From the NCBI RefSeq assembly GCF_009914755.1, contig NC_060933.1: a DNA stretch of 64,000 nt, one strand, 5' to 3'. Every line of letters starts with the position of its first letter. Position 1 is the stretch's first letter. Below are positions 45,598 through 57,200 of the stretch, in pieces. The notes under the pieces were generated by a model that saw nothing but the letters and a program-made list of their open reading frames with translations, did no database searches and had not been told where the DNA came from. Position numbers and translations under genes: made by a program. Source of the stretch: the human T2T-CHM13v2.0 reference genome, Homo sapiens.

Positions 45598-46597
45598 ATG
45601 TAATATACAATAAGGCTTTTAATATTTTTTTCCAACATTTGCTTTTTCTTAAGTCACACCACATACAGCATCCCATACAGTTGATCTATTATTTCTTACC
45701 CAAAACCTATGTAAATTTTTTTACACCTTCAAAATTGTTATCTTCCTGCCAACCAGCTCCCACTCTGGCCATTTCTTATTTTACCAAGCAGTCTAGTCTG
45801 AGGGAAGGGGGAGGATGCTATACAAAGACACTCTTTCATAACATTTTCCTTATCGCAATTGAATAAGAACAAAAAATGCAACACTTTCTCTCAATCTGCT
45901 CTAAACTGGTAAACTCTCAAGAAGTAAAATGAGTAACAATTTTATGTAGAGTCTTCTTTCTCTAAGTCTGGCAATGTGCAGAGAATCCTTGAAAATACCA
46001 GTTTACCAGTACTGTGAAAGCACACAAATATGTTGTGTTTATTCTTCCAAGAGAGACATAAATGGGTAGCAACTTCTCCAGAGATTAACTATATTGTTCC
46101 AAGTTATATCCACTCATCTTAGTTTCCAATGAATAATCATAGCAATATAAGGCAATTATGTAAGCTAAGGAATGTAAATTCTTTTTTCTTCTTTCTCTTA
46201 TTGTATGGATAGTAGAGAAAACAAAAAATAATTTTTGTGTCAGTATCCACTGGGTATTCTGCTATCAATCTAAAAACTATAAAGTATTTCTTGTAACTAC
46301 TAAAAGAGTAACTAACAACAGGATATTACTTTTCTAGTTGATTGAGAGATTGTTAAAGTTTGAGTAAGTGAAGCATTTGTGAAAATAAACATCTCTGTTG
46401 ACAAAATCTGGTTGAAAACTAAAGTCTTACTTTTAATTGAAAAGAAGAAACAAAACATCCCAAAATGCCTAATGAACTGCCAGAAGGAAACTCATTCAAA
46501 GAATTTTAACCAAAGGTTTTATAGGTAAAATAAAACCTTTAGAATATCAAAAAGAAAAGTATTCCGTGGAGACATAAGATGAGCAAAATAAACTTAC

Positions 46598-46631
46598 CAC
46601 AGTTGTTCAGTTAATGGACAGGCACCATCAT
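46598..46631 (-). other. 34-nt internal microexon, probably 5'UTR (non-coding), of a long minus-strand gene
   Basis: Minus strand reads tacatttttgttgtttcag|ATGATGGTGCCTGTCCATTAACTGAACAACTGTG|gtaagttt. It has a U-rich tract plus CAG acceptor and a perfect GTAAGT donor, and lies in unique non-repeat sequence. Length is not a multiple of 3. Confidence 0.75.
46611..46631 (-). other. Self-contained upstream ORF (MMVPVH*) inside the microexon
   Basis: ATG ATG GTG CCT GTC CAT TAA starts at exon nucleotide 1. The second ATG has A at -3 and G at +4 (strong Kozak context). Confidence 0.5.
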
Positions 46632-47019
46632 CTGAAACAACAAAAATGTATTTTGATATTGTGATCATAAAAACTACCAAAACCTTTCAAATTGTCTTCA
46701 AACACATGTTATGGACATATCTATAGAAGCAAAATAAAATTAAGTAAGCAATGAAGATACGTTATCTGACCTCAATTATTTATTTCAGATGAAAGTGTTT
46801 CATCACCACCATTTAAGGAGTAAAAAAGATATTAGTTGTTTATTCAAAAATCTTTTTTATAGGCATACCTGGCATATATATGTATTGCACCAATATTTTC
46901 TTCTGATATATATGTTTAAAAGGCAGGCAAAAATACAGAGTCATCTCTTTAATACAATCTTGGTCCTGGCACAAACACAATCTTGAATTACTGGTCCTAA
47001 TTCTCAGCTCTGACAGTGC

Positions 47020-47580
47020 CATATACACCACCTTCCTGAGCTCAAAAATTCTCTTTGTTGCCTACCTAAAACAAACTAAAGTGTTTAGCATAGCATTCAG
47101 GAGCTTTAGTAGGTTGGTCCTATTCTAACTGTTTATGATTCTTTTCCATAATTCTCCAGTGCATACTCATGCTACCTTTCAAGTTTATCTCCCACTATTT
47201 TCCCTTGTACACTAGTCTCGAATGATAAGCCCACCTTCCCTTCCTCCCTCCCTCCCTCCCTGCTTCTCTTTCTCCCTTCCTTCCTTCCATACTTCGGTTT
47301 ACTTCATTTGCTCTGCCTCAATATTTTTTTCTAGCCATTCCTTATGGCCAGCTCAATTAACATTTCTTCAATAGAGGTTGTCTTGACACCTAGAGAAGAA
47401 ATTATTCTCTTTCTAGATGTTCCCACCATATTTTATATGTTTATTACAGTATTTATCAGATTCTATTTTGTGTGTTTAGCCCATATTGGTGTTTATGCCT
47501 TAACCCTGTTCATTGTTCCCTACCCAGAAGACTTCCTGCTATGCCTCTGAAATAGGAGATGTCCAGAAGATTCTAGTTGA
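47020..47580 (+). mobile_element. LINE-2 3' fragment with (CCCT)/(CTTC) simple repeat
   Basis: Pyrimidine-rich, with TTAGCATAGCATTCAGG-type L2 motifs. Confidence 0.55.
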
Positions 47581-48686
47581 GCTAAAGGAGACAATTTATT
47601 TAGTGTACAGATAGCATATGGTGCACATTTTCCATATTTTGTCAATCATTCTTTAAGTGAAAAGTGCAATTTCCATTGCAGTTTCTGGAATAAAACTTGA
47701 CTGTTAAAGTCATAGTAATATACCCTATGAACAAAACTTCTTAGTTTAACAAAAAAATAAAGAAATTGAGGGTGAAGAATGTCCTTTATTGATAAATGAT
47801 TTTTAGAAAAATTCTTTAAGACTTTTTCAATCATATGGGAATACATTTTATTTTTATATTTTTTAGATTTAAAAAACATGTTTTTTCCCCCCACAGGGTT
47901 AAATTTTGTATAAAAAGTTAGTGTTTTGAGGAACAGTGATAGATTTGCTTTGGCCTATGAACATGGTCACCCCAGCACCAAGATGGAAGTTACTGGCATC
48001 ATCTTAGAAAAGAGAACTTATCTTCTTATGGAAAATGAAATAATAACATTGCCTTGTTGCTAATTTTATACTCCTAGCCAACTATGCTAGATCAGACTCT
48101 GCCTATATGAAGCATACAGGTGTATTACATACCCACAATGTCTCATACTTCACTATTCTTCAGGGCCCACAATCACTTTAGACTTCAAAATGTTGGCAAA
48201 CAATTTTGTGTAGTTACTCGTTAAGGTTTTCTGTGTCTAAAATAATTATAAATCCACTATTCTGCTATTTCATTAAGAACTTTTCTTACTGTTTCATGCA
48301 ATATATTACATATCAAGAGAAGGTATTACTGAATAATAAAATTTTAAGTAACAGAAGTAAAAACTTTAACATAAGTATTTAAAATAAAAGCACTGGTTTC
48401 TTAATTTGGTAAGAGGGAGGACTTTATTAGGTTCTTTGTACCTAAGCGTAGAATGTGATAGTTCAACGTTCAGCTTCTCAGATTTTGTGCTTTTCATTCC
48501 AATCCCCTCTAGTTCTCATCATAGGAGGAACATGACCTAACACACAATTACAATTTTTCTCTAAAGTATTTGTGATTTAAAGACACCCCTACAGTAGAAT
48601 GCTACTCAGTAATTTAAAATGTGCTGGTAAGTCTAGATTATTATTGGACATTTTCCCCTCCAAAGGTCAAAGTTTTCAAAGTGTTC

Positions 48687-49087
48687 TGATATGGCTTGGC
48701 TGTGACCCTACCTAAAATTCATCTTAAATTGTAGCTCTCATAATTCCCACATATTGTGGTAGAGATCCAGTGAGAAGTAATTGAATCATGGGGGGCGGGT
48801 CTTTCCCATGTGGTTCTCATGATAGTGAAGAGGTCTCATGAGATCTGATGATTTTATAAAGGGGAGTTCCCCTGCACACGCTCCTTTGCTTGCTACCATG
48901 CAAGACATGACTTTGCTCCTCATTCACCTTCCGCCATGATTCTGAAGCCTCCCCAGCCATGTGGAACTGTGAATGAATCAATTAAACATCTTTCCTTTGC
49001 TAAATTACCCAGTAAACAGCTTTCCTCTACTAAATTACCCAGTCTTGGGTATGTCCTTTATTAGCAGCATGTGAACAGACTAATACA
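48687..49087 (+). mobile_element. ERVL-MaLR solo LTR, THE1C-like
   Basis: TGATATGG...CTAATACA with a 5-bp TSD TGTTC (48682-48686, 49088-49092). Confidence 0.93.
48778..48788 (+). promoter_or_regulatory. DUX4-type binding motif in the THE1C LTR
   Basis: TAATTGAATCA fits TAAYBBAATCA, and DUX4 binding to THE1/MaLR LTRs is established. Confidence 0.6.
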
Positions 49088-50788
49088 TGTTCTAAATAGA
49101 ATAATCAGAAATCATGGAAGTACCTTTGGAAATATTAATAAAAGTGAACTGAATTTTTGTTATAATTATTAATACCTATCATCTATATTATTTTGACTTT
49201 CTTTAAAAAATAGAGTGTGGACCTAACTTTACCTACTGGTTTTTTTTTTTTTTTTGGACTGGCACAGGTAGATGAGTAAATAGAAAAATATGAGTTGTAA
49301 GTACCCATTGATTTATTGCTGCCTTGCACAATATGTTACCTTCCGTGCCAGAGGTAACATAGTTGGGTAAGGAACAGCAGAGATCTATGGCTTCCTACAA
49401 ATAATGACTCAATGGCAGTCGTCTATTTTACTCAAATGGTAACCAAAATTTAACTAAGATACTCTCCCCAGAGAGAAATATAAAGCAGGGAATATTTAAA
49501 TGTCCCCAGTATCTGTTCTGAGGACATTTAAAAGGAGATTTTCTTTCACATGATTGAAAACACCAGATAATAGGACCAATCAAAATCCGTCCAATACTAC
49601 AACATATTTTCAATGACGTATAATTGTTAACTGTGGATCTAATTCGCTACCTTTATCTAACCAAAAAAAAAGTTTTTTTTCAGTTCAATTATCTTTTCCA
49701 TTCATTTCCAACCACATCTCCCCACCCCCTACAGAATTTTGATTAGCTCCTGAGAGTGGCATCTGGAAAATATAGAAATCCTTCCAGTTAAAACAGATAA
49801 TTACTAAATATATAACTATTGATTGAGAGAAGAAGGAAGATACTGTAAACAATTTTGGAGCTTTTGCTTTGACTCTAGTGATGCTGGTAAGAGTGAGGAA
49901 ATGGAGTCAAACCAAATCAATTGATTTATGGATAGCATATGCACCTACAGAAAGTTTCTCTTAAAAGAAGTTTCCTGAGAACCTTTCAGATGCAAATTTA
50001 TTCAAATAACCTTTAGAATTACCCATCCACTTCTCCATATTCGACCATTTAATTCTTATAAAGGGTGTCTATTTTCTATAAAAGAATCCTGGCATTTGAA
50101 TGCAGGAACAGAATACTAAGTTGGATATTGTCCCAATATTGTGATCATATGATTTGTTGGAAAATATAGTGAAGAAAAAATTAAATATATATTATTACCT
50201 TCTCTGTATATCTGTACTAGGCAGGTGGTAGGAATAAACAAGCTATTTCAGTATTGACTTGTAAAACCAATTATAGAAATAATTATAAAAATAAATGCAA
50301 ATAGGTACCCATTCTGGGCATAGAAAATTATTTTTGCAATGAAATTCTTATGAGTTTCAGTAATATCACTGAAATACATACATGCATACATAATAATCTC
50401 TGTCTCTATTACACACACATACACATACGCACACATATATACAGATATATATACACAAGTAATCAGAGAAATCCCCCTCTTTTCTAATTACATCAGATTT
50501 CTCTGTCCTTTGGCATTTCCTTTTTCTCATACCAAAACTCCAGTCCTTATTTCTCATATCAGTCAGGACTAAGTCCAGGACTTGGACTGAAGTGGCAAAA
50601 GGTGAATGGTAACGGGGAAAGGAACTGGGTATGAAGGGTAATTGGTATGACTGACCTTACTATATATATATTGTTTAAACAGCCTGAGCCAAAAATATAG
50701 ACCAGCCTTTCTCTGTAAAACAAGAAGTCCAAATGTTATATCTTATTTTTTTTTTCCCTGAAATACAAATAACTCTTCCTCCAGTCAT

Positions 50789-51162
50789 TGATACGGTTTT
50801 TCTACGTACCCACCGGAATCGCATCTTGAATTGTAGTGCCCATAATCCCCATGTGTCCTGGGAGGGACCCAGTGGGAGGCAATTGAATCATGGGGGTGGT
50901 TACCTCTATGCTGCTGTTCTCCTGATAGTGAGTGAGTTCTCACGAGATCTGGTAGTTTATTAAGGGATTTTTCCCTCTTGGCTCGGCAATTCTTTCTGCC
51001 TTCATGTGAAGAAGGACATGTTTGCTTCTCCTTCCGCCATTATTGTAAGTTTCCTGAGGCCTCCCAAGCCAAGCAGAACTGTGAGTCAATTAAACCTCTC
51101 TCCTTTATAAGTTACCTACTCTCAGGCAGTTCATTATAACAGTGTGAGAATGGACTAATGCA
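50789..51162 (+). mobile_element. ERVL-MaLR solo LTR, THE1D-like
   Basis: TGATACGG...CTAATGCA with a 5-bp TSD GTCAT (50784-50788, 51163-51167). Confidence 0.93.
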
Positions 51163-51689
51163 GTCATAATTGTGAGTTCTTCATGTTTATTACAGGGCAA
51201 ACATAAAAATACAAACGAAAGTTGGTTCATTTTTGCCAAAAAGTTGTGTCAGATATTGTAAACCGACAGTAAACGATCTTAATGCAAAACATATTTGAAA
51301 TACTGGAATAAAATATGACAAATGCTGTAATGCATCCTTGAAAAAAATATAGTACAGAAATGTCCAGTGGCCAAAACTGAAGAAAAAAGTGGAAATGGTT
51401 AATATGCAGTCAGTGATATTTGGATGTTCCCTGCAACATTTGTCAATCTTAAAGAAGAGCCTTGGGATCTCTAGGAGAAGTGATAAAAAGTCTCTCCTAA
51501 AAATCTGTCACAAATGTTTCAGGTTTGAATTTATACCACCCACAAGGACAAAGAAATCCTAAAGGGAGATTTAACAAAAAATTTATTCCTGTGTTGTTAC
51601 CTCATACATTTAATCACCAAATTTCTCTGGAAGGGTACATTCTCAACAGAGGACACTTAGGGTTTATAAATATAAAATCCTGTTAAGTA

Positions 51690-52104
51690 GAAGCTCAAAT
51701 CCATAGTTATAAAACACATGAGGAAATCTTGAGTGAAAGTCAGTACAAGGATCAAGATCAAGATTAGAAATACCAAAACATTGAGATAATGCAATTCCAA
51801 ACATAGATTATGAAATGAGTATTTAAAATTATTAAAAATAAAAGATGTCTGAGCAAGTATGTGAAAGACATATCAAAAAAATAAGACAATTTTCAGTGGG
51901 TACCCATTTTCAGAAAAATGAAATAATTGAAACTGAGTAAATAAACCAATATATTAAACACAACTAAAGGAAGAATTAATGGGCAGGCAGAGCTGAAGAA
52001 ATTATCCATAATGTTGCTCAGAGAAGCAATGAAAAATAATGTAGTGAGAGGGCATATGGTATGTGAAAATTACGGTGAGATGGTTCAACATTTGTCTAAT
52101 AGGG

Positions 52105-52107
<3 letters not shown>
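51690..52107 (+). mobile_element. Degraded L1M/HAL1 ORF1-like fragment
   Basis: GAGCTGAAGAAATTATCC...CAACATTTGTCTAATAGG resembles ancient ORF1 (coiled coil to RRM). Confidence 0.55.

Positions 52108-52142
<35 letters not shown>
52108..52142. repeat. Poly(A)35
   Basis: Directly visible pure A run. Confidence 0.95.
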
Positions 52143-52144
<2 letters not shown>

Positions 52145-52146
52145 AG

Positions 52147-52468
52147 GTGCCAGGCGCGGTGTCTCCTGCCTGTAATCCCAGCACTTTGGCAGCCAAAGGC
52201 GAGTGGATCACTTGAGGTTAGAAATTCAAGAATAGCCTGGCCAACATGGTAAAACCCCATCTCTACTAAAAATACAAAAAATTAGCTGGGTGTGGTGGCA
52301 CAAGGCTGTAATCCCAGGTACTTGGGTGGCTGAGGCAGGAGAATTGCTTGCACTCAGGAGGCAGAGGTCTCAGTAAGCTGAGATTGTGCCACTATACTCC
52401 AGTCTAGGCGACAGAGGAATACTCTGTCTCAAAAAAAAAAAAAAAAAAAAAAAACCAAAACAAAAAAC
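52147..52468 (+). mobile_element. Alu, old AluS (Sz-like)
   Basis: Dimeric Alu with GATCACTTGAGG and an A24-AAAAC tail, preceded by a 35-nt poly(A). Confidence 0.9.
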
Positions 52469-52550
52469 CCAGAACTAATCTTAAAAGAATAATGTACGAA
52501 TTGTGATATCACATGTATAAGTTGTGATACATTTCTAAATATTGATATAT

Positions 52551-52552
<2 letters not shown>

Positions 52553-52586
<34 letters not shown>
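52553..52586. repeat. (TC)n microsatellite
   Basis: Directly visible. Confidence 0.9.
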
Positions 52587-52884
52587 CAGGAAGCAAATCA
52601 TATCTGAAGTAAGATGCACTCCTTAGATTTTGAAAGCACTGCATAATCACTCTCCACACCTCCATGCACTTCTATAAAAAATGACTCTATTTCATTTCTC
52701 CCTGTTCTCTTACATTGTAAAAAATATTTTAACCATGTGATAAATCCAGTGAATAAACAGTGGTGTAATATCAAACAAATCAGTAAGTAAATACAGTGGG
52801 ATAAAATGAGTAAGATAATTTATTAATTTTTTTATTAATTAAACTAAATTTTAAATGTTTGTTTATAAAATGAATATTTTTAAC

Positions 52885-53990
52885 ACCTAATATGTTTTGT
52901 ATTCTATTTTAGGCATTGGGGATATAGTGGTAACCATGTGGACATGTTTCCTACTTACATTATTGTGGCATGGAGAGGCAAGAGAAAGACCATACACAGC
53001 TAAACAAATAAAGGAATAAGATAATTTCAGATAATTAGTGAAATGGAGAAAATAAAACATGTAATATAGCTCAAAGGAGGAATATTTAGATTGGATGGGC
53101 AGGCCTGAGCAACACAGAACAAGCCAGCCATGCAAGGTAAGAAGACAGAATGTTTATGTAAAGGAACAGTTAGTACACAAGGACTTGTGTACACTTATAT
53201 TCAAGCAACAGAAAGAAGGCCAATGTGACTAGAATCTAGTAAGCAGAACAGAGTGGTAAAAAATACATTTAGAGAGGTAGGTGGCCAGATTAAGGAGTGC
53301 AAGTAGGCCAGTGCCAAGAAATTTGGGTTTATATTTCAAGGGCAATGCAAAGTCATTGGAGGGTTTTAAGAAGTTGAGTGACATTATGGTTTTGTCTTAA
53401 ACATGCCTCCGGCTACTCTGTAGAAAACTGAAAGCCAAGGAAGGAGCAAAAACTGGGAGATCAGTTTTGAACCTTTCCAGGCAAGAGCTGGTAGTGGTTT
53501 ATACTAAAGTGTAGCTGGAGATGGAGAAAACTGGAGAGATTGGTATAGATCTGGAATATATTTTGAAGGTGGAACAAGACTTGCCAATGGATTAGAGAGT
53601 AATGAGTGAAAAAAAGATATTAAGGATTATTGCTGCTTTGGAATATTAGTAACTAAGTGGATATTAGTGGTATTTACTGAGATGAGCAACACTGGAATAG
53701 GAAAAATACACGTTTACTGTATCTGTATCAGCTGCGTTGATTAGCGTCAACACACATTTTAGCCATTTTAAGTGGGACATATATTAGATACATGAGTACA
53801 AGTGTCAAGTAGGAAGTTGGATGCGGAAACCTATAGTTCAGTGGAGAGTCTAGGACTAGAGATAAACATTGAGAATCATTATCACAGAGAACATGTATGA
53901 AGTCAAGGGAATTGGAGAGTACATAGGTAGCACATTAGAGAGTTTAGGCCAGAGCCCCGAGAAATCCTGATATTAAGAGTGGGAACTGAA
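52885..53990 (-). mobile_element. LINE-2
   Basis: TTTAGGCATTGGGGATATAGTGG...AAGAAGGCCAATGTGACTAGA...GTAGGAAGTTGGAT. Confidence 0.85.
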
Positions 53991-56069
53991 GACATGTTGC
54001 AACAAAATTATGTGGCCCTGTGCTAGATGGGATGGTTTAATTCAGTCTTTTCCAAGTCCCTACTTTATGCCACATTCTGTGCTTTCTGCCCCAGTGAACA
54101 AAATCAACTGGTTTGTGGTTTAGATTCCCTAAAATCATGTTTATTTCCCCATCGTTTCTGGATTCAGGATAACATCCCGGTGGCACCCTAATGATTTGTC
54201 AATTTTAACCAGCTCTTTATTATTCCAGACACTAAGCATTTCTTATAGGAAACACTCTCCTTCATTTCCTCCCAATTCCTTTCAAAATCTAAAACTCACA
54301 ATTTCTTCAGTAGGAATAAATAAAATTATGATATTGATTTTCTCTGCTATGCATTTTGGGAAAAGCAGATACAACAAATTTACAATGTAGTTGCAGCTTA
54401 ATATTTTTCTCTTTATTTGATCCTATTTTTGCAAGTTATAACTGAACATGGAAAATTGCAATGGCTTCTTGATTAAGGTGATGGATTCTCAGGTTCCTCG
54501 AGGGTTACCAATTACCATAGAAGTTGTAGGCAAAGCAACAATGTCCATCTAACTCCGGTAGAAGAAATCAGGTGAAAATAAAGAAAATCATTAGAATCCC
54601 TTTAATCCTAAATTAAATAGAACTGTGTAGATAGACATCACTAGAAACACACTTCATGGGAAACATTCTGCTCTGGGGCATGCTTTATAACATTAGCCTG
54701 GGTAAATCTACTTCAGTTTCAATTAATAAAATTGTAAATTCAGGACTTGTGCTTTAGCTAAGTTATAGTTCGGGTTTGTGCTCTGTTAGATTATTCTTTT
54801 TTAAAGCAAAATAAAGCTGTGAATAAAGCATGCTCTCTAGAAGACATTATTGTGGTTGGTGCAAAATCGAATTTTTATCCTGTACCTTGGGGGAGACAGT
54901 TTAACAAAATGTATTTTCCCCCATTATCATCATTGTTTCCATCTAAGAATGTTTTCCAACACTGAAATCATTTTTATGTAGGCTTGGAATGTGTATTGAT
55001 GTTTGTCCTTTGGCTTTTCTCTTTCTTGAGATAATTTGTAATTTGCTTAAACATTGTAAACACTAGAGCTTTGCATATTTTCTGCATGTTTACTAATCTG
55101 TTTCTGCTAAAAAAATTGCAAATTTGCCATTTAATTTTGCTATTATTTTCCCTGTGCATTAAAAATGTATTATTTGGATAACTTTGGTTTGGAATATGAA
55201 GGGCTAATGTTAAAATTTACCTTTGCACTCTATTTAAAGGAATAAAATATACTGAGAAAATTGAATAGCTAAAATAGGATTTTAAGGAGAATGTTTGCAT
55301 ACCTAAGAAGACAAATGTTTTTGAAACACATTAAAATTATCACCTGAAAAGTGCTGTTAAAAAGATGGTAAGGGCCAATCATTGTTTAGGCCATTACTTT
55401 GATTTCGGCTTAGGGACTTTCAAAATCTGCCTTCTTTTGTCTCTGTCTTTCACTCTCAATTAGAAGGCTTAGAACATTAAGCTTGAAGTAAACACTAAGC
55501 TGAAGTTCTATTCCATGAAGTAAATAAACAGAAAGAATTAAGAAAGTAAGGGATAGAAGAATACTACATGGTTGAAAAATGTGAGCCTTCAAGAAATATT
55601 AAGAAAAGCACCCTCCATCTTTTCTACAAACTTCTACCTTTTCACTGAAATCAAGACATCTCACATTTACGATATTTACTCATTTATCCACTGTAGATCA
55701 GCCTCTTTCTTTCTTCACAATTTCAAACTGATAAGAGGGAGAATTTTGATATATTTGATATGTTCTTGAGTTTTCAATACCATTCCCAAAAGCAAGAGGA
55801 TTAAAGCAAGTTTTTGAGAGCAGGGAGCAGGATTGAAAGAGTGATGTGGGATAAGAGAGACTGACAAAGTTGGATGCTTGAGGAAAGAGTCTGTGGGGAA
55901 GGAGAATATTAATGAGCAATTTTATAGTGGAGATAAAGAATATGTTTAAGGAACAGTAGGCTTGAAAAAAATATCTAATATGAACTCTTTCTTCTTTCTT
56001 TTTTTTTTTTTGAGATGAATGTGTCTTCCGTAGAAAAGGCATTTTTTTCGGATTCTTGTCTATTATAAT

Positions 56070-56242
56070 GCTGAGCACTGGAGCTCTGGAGCTCAACAGA
56101 TTAGATTTGAATTAGGAGTTTGCCATTAGCATTGTGAAAATTAGTAAATTACTTACCCTCTCTGAACTTCAGTTTTCTCATAAGTAAATAGGAATAGTAA
56201 TAGTACTTATTTCATAAAATACTGTTTTTGGATAAATTAGAT
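56070..56242 (+). mobile_element. MIR
   Basis: TTACTTACCCTCTCTGAACTTCAGTTTTCTCA...AATAGTACTTATTTCATA. Confidence 0.75.
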
Positions 56243-56289
56243 AGGCTTACCACCACCATTTAAGTTCAATCCCTCATTACCTGATTTAT

Positions 56290-56600
56290 AATACTGTAGA
56301 TTGGCTTATCGATATCTGAAATTTAAACAAATCACCTAAAAGCATGTCTGTTTTTGGTGTCTGGCTTTTTTGGCTCCATTTCTGAGCATCGACCATGATG
56401 ACATCATATATGATAATTGTTTACTCATTTTCATTGCTGTGTAGAATTCTAATATATGAATATACAATGGTGAATTCATCCAATTTACTATTAATGACAT
56501 TTAGGTTGTTTCTACCTAACATGATTATAAATAATGGTTCTATAAACATATTTGTACATGTTTAATTGTGATACATGTAAAAGTTTGTTGAAAATATAAA
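56290..56600 (-). mobile_element. L1ME-type fragment
   Basis: TTTTGGTGTCTGGCTTTTTTGGCTC...TTCATTGCTGTGTAGAATTC...GACATTTAGGTTGTTTC. Confidence 0.7.
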
Positions 56601-57039
56601 CAGATAGGGTATCTACATTGAGTATACCAGATTTATCAAAATAAAAGTGGATACCTCTGAATAATAGGATATGAAGAAATTTTTGTCCTATCCTAAATTT
56701 TCCACAATCAACACAAAATCTATTTTTTTGAAATTGTTATACCATAGTGATTTAGAATATAGAGTCAAAAAGCCAAATTTCACTTTTAGTGCCACTGTTT
56801 ATTCCCTCTGTAGTCTTCACGCTGCTAAGACTCAGTTTCTTTACTTGTTCCTCTGTAAAATTTGGAATCAGAGTATCTCCCTCACATGATTTTTGCAAGG
56901 AATAAATTATCTAACACACATAAACTCATTTCAGTTCCTTGTACACGCTAATCATTCCATAAAAGCTAGTTGCAATTGTATTACTATATTTATGATAAAA
57001 GAACTTTGTTTCCTTTCCTCTCACGTAATTATCTTGTAA

Positions 57040-57200
57040 AATTTTGGTTAGATATAAGGAAAAATTACAGTGTAGTAATTTTTTTAAAACCCAAATACTT
57101 GGAAAGTGGAAGACTTTTAATTTTTATTGACCTTATAAGAACAGGGAGGCAATCTGCCTGTGGGGTAAGTTACCCAGAAGTACAGCTAAACTGGTTAATT
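57040..57200 (+). mobile_element. CR1/L3 fragment
   Basis: TTTTGGTTAGATATAAGGAAAAATTAC resembles the CR1/L3 ORF2 3' end. Confidence 0.45.

Noticed and set aside
49332-49361. 10-bp inverted repeat TATGTTACCT/AGGTAACATA
   Set aside because: Too short for a pre-miRNA or MITE and expected by chance.
48687-51162. Two co-oriented THE1 LTRs 1.7 kb apart, resembling a full THE1 provirus
   Set aside because: Each LTR has its own different 5-bp TSD (TGTTC vs GTCAT), they look like different subfamilies, and the spacer does not resemble THE1-int.
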